A DNA stretch of 34,476 bases from positions 1-34,476 of IMG/VR virus record IMGVR_UViG_3300044475_000303. One strand, given 5' to 3'. Source of the stretch: a virus (Duplodnaviria > Caudoviricetes). The translations under genes were made by a program, and so were the position numbers. The notes beneath the pieces were generated by a model. That model worked only from the letters and a program-made list of their open reading frames with translations, did no database searches and had not been told where the DNA came from. Of this stretch, positions 1 through 8,831 are shown piece by piece. How positions within the stretch are numbered: position 1 is the first letter of the stretch; every line of letters begins with the position of its first letter.

Positions 1-53
1 GAGTCGGGTACTCGGTAAAAGACCCGGCCATTATCCCGACTGCACCGCCTGGG

Positions 54-135
54 TGATTAGGACTGAGATAAACCAGTAGGTGTGTGTGAGAAAATCATGG
101 GATACGAAGGGGGATAGCGGGATTCTCTGGGAAGG
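54..135 (+). repeat. Putative prophage left end with transposase-binding repeats
   Basis: TG at 54, then related units TGAGATAAA (64-72), TGAGAAAAT (87-95), TGGGATACG (98-106), GGGGATAGC (110-118), CGGGATTCT (118-126), just beyond the last early-region gene. Confidence 0.6.
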
Positions 136-156
136 AGAATCCAATGCCATTGCAAC

Positions 157-513
157 CTACACAAGAACATCCTTTCTAGCGTCCGTTGTGATAACCCAGT
201 CCACAAGGCTATCAGCTAAATCCAGCAGGCCGACCTGGTCGTCACCCTTGTACAGTCTTGCGGCGATTTCGAGGCACTTCAAACGCATCAGCTCTTCCGA
301 TTCGATGGCGTCTTGACGCAGTTGCTCCGCTGCCAGCTCTCCGTCCCTGTGCATGTTGAGATAGCGATGCAACGACTCCCTGGCAACCGAGTAGCCTTGC
401 TCTCTCAGCCAAACGAGGTGGTCATCAACAGACAGGTGAGTGGAGTTCAGATGCCGATGCAGCAGCTCTGCACGAATTGCTTCTGGCACTGAATTGGAAG
501 TGAATTGAGACAT
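157..513 (-). CDS. Hypothetical protein with a DUF3486 (Mu gp27)-like N-terminal HTH region
   Basis: 118-aa ORF; VPEAIRAELL...WLREQGYSVARESLHRY resembles DUF3486 N-termini; possible own extended -10 (TGGTATGGT, complement of 544-552). Confidence 0.6.
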   Translation of the reverse strand: MSQFTSNSVPEAIRAELLHRHLNSTHLSVDDHLVWLREQGYSVARESLHRYLNMHRDGELAAEQLRQDAIESEELMRLKCLEIAARLYKGDDQVGLLDLADSLVDWVITTDARKDVLV

Positions 514-596
514 GGGTTTCTCATGCGTCTACGAATGTCACTGACCATACCACCAGGACTGCGCTGCCGGTAGGTTGTGGACTCAGTAACGCCCGG

Positions 597-962
597 TCAG
601 TCGTGACCGACCGGGCTGAACATATCACGCTGCCGGCTATTCAAGTCGGCCTTCCTCAGTACCTTGATCACCCGATAGATGAACTGAAGCGAAAAGCCAT
701 ACTTGCGGGCCAGCTCTCGGTGGTTATTGCCTCTCCATTCCTCATAGATCTGATGGTGCATCCGTGAGGCTTCAATCTGCACCCCCTTGGGCATGTACAG
801 CTGCTGACCACCCCACTGTTCGACCATACGCATCGCGACATCAGTACCCAGTGCATTGGCCGCATCGCTCGACACGCCGAAAGCCTCTACAGCGGCGGCC
901 GACACCTGCTCAGCCAGATCGTCCAGCAAGTCTCCGGCGGGGCTACGGTTCATCGCTTTCAT
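597..962 (-). CDS. mor: Mor/C-family middle/late transcription activator
   Basis: WGGQQLYMPKG and GNNHRELARKYGFSLQFIYRVIK are typical Mor-family motifs; ATGA overlap with gemA. Confidence 0.92.
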   Translation of the reverse strand: MKAMNRSPAGDLLDDLAEQVSAAAVEAFGVSSDAANALGTDVAMRMVEQWGGQQLYMPKGVQIEASRMHHQIYEEWRGNNHRELARKYGFSLQFIYRVIKVLRKADLNSRQRDMFSPVGHD

Positions 963-1408
963 TCGGCCTCCTGGTCAAGGCGAGCGATCCACTTTTTGAG
1001 TTCCTCGATCATGTGGCTGGCTTGCTCAGCCGTGAGCCACTGCAGGGCCTTCGCGCCAGTTCGCCGTTCCACAAAACTCACCAGTGCGCTCTCAGAGGCG
1101 TCCCGCAGAGCGCCCAGGTCTCGCAGGGTGAGCCAGAGCGAGCGGATCTTGCGCGACGAGGGATCAGCGGCCGGTGGCCGCTTCTCCTTCCCGTATGGAC
1201 GGACCTTGAAGCCCTTGGTCTTCAGCTCTTCCAAAACACGCTGCAGGTTTGGAATGGTGAGTTTGGCCGACGAGGTTGCGCCTCCAAGCCCCTTCATACC
1301 CGACAGCATCAAGCGGTACGTGTCGTCGTCCATCTGCAGCTCGCGGCGGGCAACATGGATAAGCTTGATTAAACGCAGTCGATCCGGGCTAGACGGTGCT
1401 TTGTTCAC
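959..1408 (-). CDS. gemA: GemA / Mu gp16 (DUF1018) family protein
   Basis: LIKLIHVARRELQMDDDTYR, KIRSLW and WLTAEQASHMIEELKKW motifs; canonical position next to mor. Confidence 0.9.
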   Translation of the reverse strand: MNKAPSSPDRLRLIKLIHVARRELQMDDDTYRLMLSGMKGLGGATSSAKLTIPNLQRVLEELKTKGFKVRPYGKEKRPPAADPSSRKIRSLWLTLRDLGALRDASESALVSFVERRTGAKALQWLTAEQASHMIEELKKWIARLDQEAE

Positions 1409-1626
1409 AGGCTAATACCCCGCTCGTCAGCCAGAGGAGTTGCGAGCTTCTCCAGCCGGCGAATGCGGCTGTTCAGCTTCTTCTCGACCGTCTTCTGCAG
1501 GTGAGGCACGGCAAGCGCGGCACGGCACTCGGCGAGATCGAAAATCTCCAGAGCACGCAGGCGGCTTTCGGTATCCACTGAGCCATATTCTTGGCCCGGT
1601 CGAATGAAAGGGTTGGCTTGTGACAT
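1405..1626 (-). CDS. Hypothetical phage protein
   Basis: 73-aa ORF tightly packed between neighbours (4-nt overlap on one side, 1-nt gap on the other). Confidence 0.75.
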   Translation of the reverse strand: MSQANPFIRPGQEYGSVDTESRLRALEIFDLAECRAALAVPHLQKTVEKKLNSRIRRLEKLATPLADERGISL

Positions 1627-1627
1627 A

Positions 1628-2317
1628 TCACACCCCTTGGGTCAGTCGAGCGACCTGTTGATGACCGATGCCATGGTGCAGCTGCGCGCGCTCACCGGCC
1701 GCGTAACCGGCCTCAGTTGCTACCTCGTCGCGGGCCTTGATCTTGCGGCGCTTCATATCGAACTTGCCCAGGTTGGCGTGGTGCTTAGCCATGTAGGCTT
1801 GGATCGCCTCGGCGATGTTCTCGTCCACTCCGGCAAACTGGTCGACCTTCACGTACACGGCTTCGATCCAGCCATGCGCAAAGGCATCGCCCCGAGCGAC
1901 CTTGGTAGCTCGTTTGCAACGCCTTTGGGTGGCCAGGAAGTCCTTGCGTGCCTTCTTGAGTTGGCGCTCCAGCACCTGATAGGCATACCCGGATAGCTCC
2001 GGTGCAGCGCTGCAGCCTACGAAAGTGAGCGAGGTGCTAGTCAACCAAGATGTGTTGATGATGAGGTGGGTGCCAAAGGCGTGGCAGCACACTTGAGCCA
2101 GGCGTACTCGCCAGGCTGGCGGTGCGCCATCAGAGCCGGCAGGAACCGTCTTCTCGCAGGCCATGCTGGACAGCACATCGCCCATTTGAAGGTTGTACGC
2201 TTCCATCAGCTTGTGAGCCTGGCGCAAGGCAGTCTCAGCTTCGTTCGGGTTTGAGCCTTTGCCCTTGGCCATTTCCAAGCATTTCTTGATCTTGTCGAGC
2301 GCGCGTTCCTGGTCCAT
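1628..2317 (-). CDS. DUF2786 domain protein
   Basis: N-terminal ALDKIKKCLEMA...NPNEAETALRQAHKLMEAYNL and a C-terminal GYAAG motif. Confidence 0.85.
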   Translation of the reverse strand: MDQERALDKIKKCLEMAKGKGSNPNEAETALRQAHKLMEAYNLQMGDVLSSMACEKTVPAGSDGAPPAWRVRLAQVCCHAFGTHLIINTSWLTSTSLTFVGCSAAPELSGYAYQVLERQLKKARKDFLATQRRCKRATKVARGDAFAHGWIEAVYVKVDQFAGVDENIAEAIQAYMAKHHANLGKFDMKRRKIKARDEVATEAGYAAGERAQLHHGIGHQQVARLTQGV

Positions 2318-2318
2318 T

Positions 2319-2954
2319 TCAGACTCCCGCCAGGTTCAGGTTGATTGGCACGTACTGGTCGGTGTTGCCCTGACGCTTGTAGACCCGGATGTAAACGGCG
2401 GTGCCGTTCACCTGAATTGAGTCTTTCAGCGCCTGCATGGCTGTCTTCCACGCCGGATCGTTGATCTCCACCCGCAGCAGACTGAGCACATCTTTAACCA
2501 TGAGCTGTCCTTGGCGGTTCGCCCGGAACGCCCGGTCAACCAGCACGCGTAGATGGTCGTTGGCACCTTCGGACCAAGCGTTGATGCACTGGTTGATTAG
2601 CTCGCGGGCAGCTTGGATTTCTTCTGTGAACACAATTCGGTCCGCATATGCGCGCTCGATCTTGTATTGGCCGTCATAAGTCGTGATCGAAACATTGCCC
2701 TTCTGACCGCCCAGGGTGACGCCGTAGCGCTCAGCCGAAACGGCAATCAGGTCCGCAATATCTGCCAGCGCCTGCTTCTTAAAGCTGGCCAGTCCGAGGC
2801 TGATTTGCTCGGCGGTGGTTCCAAGATCACGCGCCACGCTGTCGCGCAGCTTGTCGTGGTCACGGACCTGGTGCTCGGGAACGAGATGACCTGCTGCGTT
2901 CATGACGAAGCCAGCGGGGATCGCAAGATCCTGAGTTTGTTGGGTATCAGTCAT
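2319..2954 (-). CDS. DUF3164 family protein (Mu-like early region)
   Basis: Start revised to the ATG at 2954 (MTDTQQ, SD AAGGAG); GGQKGNVSITTYDG and YIRVYKR motifs. Confidence 0.85.
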   Translation of the reverse strand: MTDTQQTQDLAIPAGFVMNAAGHLVPEHQVRDHDKLRDSVARDLGTTAEQISLGLASFKKQALADIADLIAVSAERYGVTLGGQKGNVSITTYDGQYKIERAYADRIVFTEEIQAARELINQCINAWSEGANDHLRVLVDRAFRANRQGQLMVKDVLSLLRVEINDPAWKTAMQALKDSIQVNGTAVYIRVYKRQGNTDQYVPINLNLAGV

Positions 2955-3108
2955 GGGGCTGCTCCTTGGCAGGGGAAAAGGTCTTACAACCACAGCGTGG
3001 GCACACGTTGTCACTGCGCCAGGATTCACGTGGATGGGGGCGGCGCTGGAGCGCACTATGTGCGCCAACCCAACGGCAGCGACGACACTGGAGGAGTTGG
3101 CTGCTCAC
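2947..3108 (-). CDS. Small zinc-ribbon protein, 53 aa (absent from the ORF track)
   Basis: Hand translation MSSQLLQCRRCRWVGAHSALQRRPHPRESWRSDNVCPRCGCKTFSPAKEQPHD; two CxxC pairs; GTGA overlap upstream and 8-nt overlap downstream fill the gap exactly. Confidence 0.8.
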   Translation of the reverse strand: MSSQLLQCRRCRWVGAHSALQRRPHPRESWRSDNVCPRCGCKTFSPAKEQPHD

Positions 3109-3419
3109 TGGTCCTGTTCCTTCAGCAAGCCGTACCAGACCACATCCACACCACGGATCGTCACGGTAGAGCGCGTCAACTTGCCTGCAGTCGAATAGCG
3201 AAGCGAGCGCAGCTCATGCCCAAAGCGCCGGGACAGCAGATCGACGCTTTCGGCGTTGATCTGGATCTGGTTATCGGCGAGCTTCAAACCGGTCAGTTCG
3301 ATGCCACAGGAGCGCAGGTCACGGGTCAGCTCGTTGAAGGCAGAGAGCTTCACAGGGAACTCAGCCGCAAGGATGCTCAGCGGTGGTGGGTTATGGGTAA
3401 CCATGATGATCGCAACCAT
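3105..3419 (-). CDS. Hypothetical phage protein
   Basis: 104-aa ORF starting 1 nt after the ATPase stop, in the operon direction. Confidence 0.75.
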   Translation of the reverse strand: MVAIIMVTHNPPPLSILAAEFPVKLSAFNELTRDLRSCGIELTGLKLADNQIQINAESVDLLSRRFGHELRSLRYSTAGKLTRSTVTIRGVDVVWYGLLKEQDQ

Positions 3420-3420
3420 G

Positions 3421-4602
3421 TCACACCCCCTTCACTACGTCGGCAGTGACCAAGGGCTCGCCGATTTGCGCGGCCAGGTTCATCGATGCCTTCACCAGGT
3501 TGCCCAGTGCGAGTGGGTAGAGCTGGCTGGTTTTGTCACGACCACTGGTGCTCAGACGCTCAACAATGGCCCGGACGCCACATTCGCTGATGACCTCCTG
3601 CAGCGGCTTTTGGAGCCGTCCGAAGCGGAAAGCCAAGTGCTGCTCGACAGCATTTATGGGGATTGGCGGCACCGTCACGATCTCGATACGTTGCGCAACC
3701 TCACGTACCTCTCCGTTGCGCGGGCTGAGTTTGATTGCCAGCTCTGGCTGGCCAATCAGGATGATCGAGATCAACTTGGTGAAGCCTCCGACCTCTAGTT
3801 CGCGCAACCGCTTCAACTGCTTGAGCGTCGGGATCGGCAGCGAGTGCGCCTCCTCGATGATCAGTAGGTGGCGGTTCCCTGCGGCGTGGCTGGTCTTCAA
3901 GGCGTTGTGCATCTGGCCGAAACGGGCCTCAGGAGAGGATTTGGTTTTCTCCAGAGGCGCCACAGCGGTCATGATCGCTTCCGCGATATGGGTACTTTTC
4001 AGGGTCTTGCCCTTGGTGTCGTTGTCTTCCATCGCGAGGATGTAGGGCTCGATCACCAACACCGGGGCGTTCTCGGCTTCGAGTCGGTTGCGCAGGTCAC
4101 GGCGCAGCGTGCTCTTGCCCGCACCGGACTCGGCGATCACCGCCATGAACCCATCATGGCGTGCGACCTGGTACATGGACTCACGGACATAGCGGATGTC
4201 GGGGCTCACGTACATTTCATCTGCATCCTGCAGTTCGTCGAGCGGGTCGCGGAACAGACCGAACTGTTTCCGGGCCGCTGGTGTAAGTACCTGTTTGGCC
4301 ATTAGCATGGGCTCGCACTCCTGTTCGTTTACTTGGTCGTTTTCGGGTGGGGATGCTGGAGCCTTGGCGTTGGCGCGCCGAGGCTCCATTTCTTCGAACG
4401 CTGCACCGATGGCAGCGAGATTTGCGCCGCGCTGCGCCAGGAACGCCTCAATCCGGTCCTGCAATGCGGCTTGATCCAGCGACTTCGGCCACTGGTTGTG
4501 GTTGATCAGCTGCGCGATAGCGGCCTGACTGAGATCCACCGCACGGGCCAGGTCGGCCTGCGAGGCTTTGATCGTGGCAAGTACATCCTTGAGCTTCAGC
4601 AT
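3421..4602 (-). CDS. Transposition-associated AAA+ ATPase (MuB-analogous, ExeA-like) with N-terminal XRE HTH
   Basis: Start revised to 4602 (TGATG overlap with the transposase stop); Walker A AESGAGKS, Walker B LLIIEEAH, LIGQPEL; N-terminal SQADLARAVDLSQAAIAQLIN HTH. Confidence 0.92.
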   Translation of the reverse strand: MLKLKDVLATIKASQADLARAVDLSQAAIAQLINHNQWPKSLDQAALQDRIEAFLAQRGANLAAIGAAFEEMEPRRANAKAPASPPENDQVNEQECEPMLMAKQVLTPAARKQFGLFRDPLDELQDADEMYVSPDIRYVRESMYQVARHDGFMAVIAESGAGKSTLRRDLRNRLEAENAPVLVIEPYILAMEDNDTKGKTLKSTHIAEAIMTAVAPLEKTKSSPEARFGQMHNALKTSHAAGNRHLLIIEEAHSLPIPTLKQLKRLRELEVGGFTKLISIILIGQPELAIKLSPRNGEVREVAQRIEIVTVPPIPINAVEQHLAFRFGRLQKPLQEVISECGVRAIVERLSTSGRDKTSQLYPLALGNLVKASMNLAAQIGEPLVTADVVKGV

Positions 4603-6359
4603 CAGGCAGCACCTCCTACAACCCGCAGGCCCGGCCGGGCAGGCATCCGCAGTTGTTGGGCGATGGCGTCGAGCTGGTCTTCCGGCACGCCGTTGGGGTA
4701 GCTGGTTTTGAGCCAGGCCATGGAGTCGGCTGTCCATGCACTACCCAATTGGGCGCGCAGCAGCTTTGCGGCCTCAACATGCGAGAGCGGCAGGATCTCT
4801 ACGGTTGGCTCTGGGATCGGCGAGGCCGTACCACGGCGCGGCATATAGGCTGGCAGTACGGTATCGGTGATGTGCTTGTGCGGGTCGATCTGGCCATTGA
4901 ACGGCAGCGCCCCGGCTTTGCGTGCCGCTGCAGCTTCATCCTGTGAGCCGGTGCCGGTAACCAGTTGCTCAATGGTTTTGCGCGCCTGTTGCGCTGGGGT
5001 TTCTGCGTGCGACTTGAAACTCTCGCCAATCATGGCCGAGGTCACCTTGAAGCCGTTGGCATCTATGCCAATCCGCTCGACCACGTGGAAGGCCTCGCGG
5101 CCATCTTCACCGATAAGCACCACCTGGGCGCTGTCCTCGTCGCGCCAAGGATTACGGGTGATCAGCAAGGTGTCGCCGACCATGATCTGCGGAACAGTCG
5201 AGACATCGAACTGTGCCCCGCGATAGGACACCTGCAGGAAATCATTCACCTTCCGCGTCTGAGGCGCCGTTACCGCCAGCTCCTGGCACACCTCAGGCGA
5301 TGGGGCCAAGCGCAGCTGGTCTGACTGAATGGTGAGCCACTGCCCATATCGGGTGCGGCCGTGGCGCGAGTGAATAGCGGTGGCATTGTGGTAGCGCATC
5401 CATTGGCCGGCCCAGGCGTTGATCTGCTCCAGCGTTTCGGCTTTCTGAAGTTTCAGAGCCGATTCAAACTCCCGCTCTACGATGTTATGGGCCTGCTCGA
5501 CCTGCCCCTTAGCACGGGCATTGCCGACCTTGTTAATGATCAGCTCAATCCCAAGCGCCTTGCAGAGGTTGCGGAAGATCGCGGACGTCATTGCCGCACC
5601 TGGGTCCGTCATGATGATGAACGGCACGCCGTGGAACGGATCATGCTCTCCACGCTTCTGCATGCAGCAGATCAGCACGTTACAGAGGTTCTCAGCCGAC
5701 TCGGCACCCAGAACGTACTGCACGTAGATGGTGCCACTGGTGTGCTCAGTGATCACGTAGCGCCAGAGCCGCTTGCGCTCGATCTTCTTCATGTTGCTTG
5801 GCTTGCCGTCGTAGAACTCTGCCTGACTCATGGTCTTGGCACCGTCGTCGTCCAGGTAGAACTGAGTGGAGATCGAGGCGTCGATTTGCCAAACATGGTT
5901 CGGGTGACGGCTGGCCAAAGACACTGCGGGCTCAGGCTGCAATAGTTGATCAGGGTGCAGGCGATATGCACGCAAGGCGCGAGTGATTGCGCTGATCGAC
6001 AGCGAAGTGAGCTCACCGGTCTTCTCGTCTACACGCCCGGCCAGGATGAGCCCGTTGCTGCGCAGTCGCTCAACGGCACGCTCCACAGTTGAAAGTTGTT
6101 TGTTGTTTGCGCGGATCGACTCCAGAAGCAAAGCCGAAATCAAATAGGCTTCTTCCTGGCTGAGTATCGTCTGGCCTGCGTCGGCACGACGCTTACGAGG
6201 GGTAGTCACTGAGACCTCCCGAAGTTTCCGATAGAGAGTTGGCAGGGACAGGCCCAGCTCAACAGCCGCTGTTCGGCATAGCTCGGTGCGCTGGCCATGC
6301 GGTGCTACTTCCACGGCACGGGCCAGATCTACGAGACGTTGGGTCACAACGGCGTTCAT
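4602..6359 (-). CDS. DDE transposase (B3/BcepMu-type MuA analogue)
   Basis: 585 aa; N-terminal HTH (LGLSLPTLYRKL); catalytic-type motifs WQIDAS, MTDPG, AKGQVE; directly upstream of the ATPase. Confidence 0.95.
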   Translation of the reverse strand: MNAVVTQRLVDLARAVEVAPHGQRTELCRTAAVELGLSLPTLYRKLREVSVTTPRKRRADAGQTILSQEEAYLISALLLESIRANNKQLSTVERAVERLRSNGLILAGRVDEKTGELTSLSISAITRALRAYRLHPDQLLQPEPAVSLASRHPNHVWQIDASISTQFYLDDDGAKTMSQAEFYDGKPSNMKKIERKRLWRYVITEHTSGTIYVQYVLGAESAENLCNVLICCMQKRGEHDPFHGVPFIIMTDPGAAMTSAIFRNLCKALGIELIINKVGNARAKGQVEQAHNIVEREFESALKLQKAETLEQINAWAGQWMRYHNATAIHSRHGRTRYGQWLTIQSDQLRLAPSPEVCQELAVTAPQTRKVNDFLQVSYRGAQFDVSTVPQIMVGDTLLITRNPWRDEDSAQVVLIGEDGREAFHVVERIGIDANGFKVTSAMIGESFKSHAETPAQQARKTIEQLVTGTGSQDEAAAARKAGALPFNGQIDPHKHITDTVLPAYMPRRGTASPIPEPTVEILPLSHVEAAKLLRAQLGSAWTADSMAWLKTSYPNGVPEDQLDAIAQQLRMPARPGLRVVGGAA

Positions 6360-6362
6360 GGG

Positions 6363-7334
6363 TTACGCCCCCGCCAGCGCTTTGGCGACTTGCTGTTCAG
6401 CGTCTTTACGCATCCAGTCAGGCGTCGCATCGGCGTCAGGCATCACAGGAATGCCGTACTCAAGACGGATCGAGGACACCGCGCGCTCGACTTGGGCGAG
6501 CAGTCCGGCGATTACTGCGCGGTGATCAGCGCCATCCTCATCACCATGAGCGACCAGGGCCTCAACGGCTGGCCGTAGCTTGCAGACAACAGCTGCCTCG
6601 GCCTCGGTTGCCAGCTTGGTGGCTTCCTGCCGTACGGCGGCGACCTTCTCGTCAGGAGTGCGACCATTGACCAGGCGTCGAGCCTTCTCTAGCTCCAGCT
6701 TGGTGTCCTGAAGCTTGCCGGATGTGTCCGCAAGCACCTGGCTTTGTGCCTCATAGTCGGCGTTCACGTTGTCCAACTGCTGAGCCAGGGCCTCCTTGTC
6801 CTTGGCGTTTTTGGCGATCAGTTCCTCAGCCAGATCAACGAAGGCGTCCTTGTCACCGGCTTTCGCCGCTTCGAGCAAAGCCGTCTTTTGGTCCTCTGGC
6901 AGCCTGCGGTACTGGCGAAGCTCGCGGTAACCGATGCCCATGCTGCTCATGCTTTCCAGAGCAGCTTCACCAAATGCGCGGAGGTTGTTGATGTCCTCGT
7001 TCACTTTGGGCGCGGACGAGCCGAGCAGGCCGCAGAACTCTTCCCAGGTGCCCTTCAAACCGCGACCGTCGCGGTCTTGCATGCCTGCCAACCCTCGGTA
7101 GAGCTTGTGTTCTTTGACATGAGCCATTTTTGAAACCGCGACGGTCGCGGTGAACTTGCCAATGGCATCTGCCATTTGAGCCTGGCCGAGGAGCTGATTG
7201 ACCAGATCGCGCTCACCTTGCATGCCTTGGGCAATATCGCCCAGAACGGTCAGCGCGCTGGCGTCTTCCTGGAATGCCTGCGAGTTGATCTCGGGCATCG
7301 GGTTGATCTCCGGGTTGCTCGATTTACGGGCCAT
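6363..7334 (-). CDS. Conserved early protein (DUF3102-like region plus coiled coil)
   Basis: 323 aa; GTWEEFCGLLG segment and a long helical region; usual position upstream of the transposase; SD AGGAAG. Confidence 0.7.
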   Translation of the reverse strand: MARKSSNPEINPMPEINSQAFQEDASALTVLGDIAQGMQGERDLVNQLLGQAQMADAIGKFTATVAVSKMAHVKEHKLYRGLAGMQDRDGRGLKGTWEEFCGLLGSSAPKVNEDINNLRAFGEAALESMSSMGIGYRELRQYRRLPEDQKTALLEAAKAGDKDAFVDLAEELIAKNAKDKEALAQQLDNVNADYEAQSQVLADTSGKLQDTKLELEKARRLVNGRTPDEKVAAVRQEATKLATEAEAAVVCKLRPAVEALVAHGDEDGADHRAVIAGLLAQVERAVSSIRLEYGIPVMPDADATPDWMRKDAEQQVAKALAGA

Positions 7335-7349
7335 GTACGTCTTCCTTAA

Positions 7350-7667
7350 TCAGTTAGGGGTGCGGGTGTAGCGCTGGCGGCGTTCGTTCAGTTCGTGTTG
7401 GGCTGACCTCAAGGCTTCATCGAACGCGAAGGAAACCTGCACCAGGCGAGGGCCGAGCAACCAACGGTGATGGTCATGGGGGCTCCGGTCTGCCAAGCCT
7501 GCTGTGCGTAGGTTCTCTAGGGCCCGGAGCGCGTTGTCGTTCGTGCACTCGGCTGCCGTGGCCACTTCCTTCAGGGTCATCCCACGAAACTCATTGCCGG
7601 CCAGGGCAAGCATCACGCGCAGAACGCGCTGGACCTGCTCGGATGTGTACTTGTCGTCTTTGCTCAT
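7350..7667 (-). CDS. IclR-like winged-HTH DNA-binding protein
   Basis: VQRVLRVMLALAG...GMTLKEVA...RALENLRTAGLA...WLLGPRLV matches the IclR N-terminal HTH pattern; no ligand-binding domain. Confidence 0.8.
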   Translation of the reverse strand: MSKDDKYTSEQVQRVLRVMLALAGNEFRGMTLKEVATAAECTNDNALRALENLRTAGLADRSPHDHHRWLLGPRLVQVSFAFDEALRSAQHELNERRQRYTRTPN

Positions 7668-8143
7668 GACGGCTCTCCCAACTCCAACTGCGGATGGGCG
7701 TGCTGTTGCACGTTGCCCCGGTGCCAGGCCAACTCCTCAAGGGCGATCTGAACAGCTGCGAGGGCTGCGCTGGCCTCGGCGTTGTCTGCGTAGAAAGCCA
7801 TCAGTTGCCCGGTGGTTTCATGGAGTGCGGCCTGTAGCGACTGGATGTCGTGTGCAGTGGTGCTCCGACCAGATGGCACATCGATCAACAGCTTTCCGCC
7901 GTTGCCAGCCAGCCAGCGGGTCACCAGATTGATGCCGCAGGCCTGTTCGAATGCGGGGATTAGCACAGCAGGCATGCGCCCATTCGCTATCCACTTGTAA
8001 AGAGCCCAGTGATCCTCCAGGCCCATCAAGGAAGCTATGCGCTCAATGCTGTGATTGGCGCGCTCTTTGGCATGCTGCTGGCACAGCTTCAAAGCGTCAC
8101 GAAGGTTGGTTGGCTGTACCCGTTTCCACTGGCGAGGGCTCAT
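7664..8143 (-). CDS. Putative phage regulatory protein (CII-like HTH)
   Basis: Start revised to the ATG at 8143 (SD GGAGG); SIERIASLMG...LYKWIANG HTH-like segment; ATGA overlap downstream. Confidence 0.7.
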   Translation of the reverse strand: MSPRQWKRVQPTNLRDALKLCQQHAKERANHSIERIASLMGLEDHWALYKWIANGRMPAVLIPAFEQACGINLVTRWLAGNGGKLLIDVPSGRSTTAHDIQSLQAALHETTGQLMAFYADNAEASAALAAVQIALEELAWHRGNVQQHAHPQLELGEPS

Positions 8144-8263
8144 TGGAAGGCCTCCAAAGTCCGCAAGAAGTGGCCTTCCAAACAAAAAGCTGGTTTGACC
8201 ATTGGTAATGTCATTGCGCCATGCACAATGAAATCAGGTAAATTCACTGGGAAGGCAGAAGCG

Positions 8264-8545
8264 ATGGGCAATGACCTACAACGTTTGCAAGCACAAGTTG
8301 AAGCGCAGAGCGTCGTGATCGAAGCGCTGCTGCGGATCTGTGTACAATCCTGCGGAGTAGAACCATTGGCCTTGGCCGCTGAGTGGCGAGCAGTAAGGCA
8401 GAGCCCTACTTTTTTCGCGGCAGACGCGGCGGCAAAGCGGCGTCTTGCTGACGAGCTGGGTGCTTGGGCGGATATGATCATCATGCAACTTCCAGGGCCT
8501 TTGCCGGATCAGTGCAGATCTGTCCAGCCTTCAAGCCCAGCTTGA
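8264..8545 (+). CDS. Hypothetical protein antisense to the early operon (93 aa)
   Basis: ATG at 8264 with GGAAGG upstream; protein-like amphipathic helices (LQRLQAQVEAQSVVIEALLR); overlaps the 3' end of the ner-like gene. Confidence 0.5.
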   Translation: MGNDLQRLQAQVEAQSVVIEALLRICVQSCGVEPLALAAEWRAVRQSPTFFAADAAAKRRLADELGAWADMIIMQLPGPLPDQCRSVQPSSPA

Positions 8546-8705
8546 TTGCGATCTCATGGGCTTGACCGCGCACGCACTTTTTGCGGCCGCCAAGTACCTC
8601 AAACACAAGGTTTGGGGAAAACTGGTTGGCGATTGCCCACTGGGTGATCGAGACGCCCTTGGCCTTCAGCTCCGCACGGACCAGGTCGGGGGTACGTAGC
8701 TTCAT
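8481..8705 (-). CDS. Ner-like DNA-binding protein (BcepMu gp16 type)
   Basis: VRAELKAKGVSITQWAIANQFSPNLVFEVLGGRKKCVRGQAHEIAIKLGLK; first early gene, divergent from the repressor; SD AAGGAG. Confidence 0.88.
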   Translation of the reverse strand: MKLRTPDLVRAELKAKGVSITQWAIANQFSPNLVFEVLGGRKKCVRGQAHEIAIKLGLKAGQICTDPAKALEVA

Positions 8706-8786
8706 GAGGGAAGCTCCTTTCGAGGGGTTATGGCGCCTTTTTTGGTGCCGACTAAATGACCATTCGTGGTGGGATGGTGTGGGTTA

Positions 8787-8816
8787 AATATAGGTACTCA
8801 AATGAGTACCTGTCAA
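8787..8816 (-). promoter_or_regulatory. Early sigma70 promoter with a palindromic operator in its spacer
   Basis: Minus strand TTGACA (8816-8811), 18 bp, TATATT (8792-8787); perfect inverted repeat AGGTACTCA-AA-TGAGTACCT (8792-8811). Confidence 0.8.
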
Positions 8817-8831
8817 TGGATTTGTACCTTT

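Noticed and set aside
2-41. Inverted repeat AGTCGGG/CCCGACT in the presumed host flank
   Set aside because: Short and truncated by the window edge; cannot be assigned.
2955-3068. ORF-track N-terminal extension of the DUF3164 gene
   Set aside because: A better SD lies before the ATG at 2954, and the interval is occupied by the zinc-ribbon ORF in another frame.
4603-4737. ORF-track N-terminal extension of the ATPase
   Set aside because: It overlaps the transposase C-terminus; TGATG coupling at 4602 gives the natural start.
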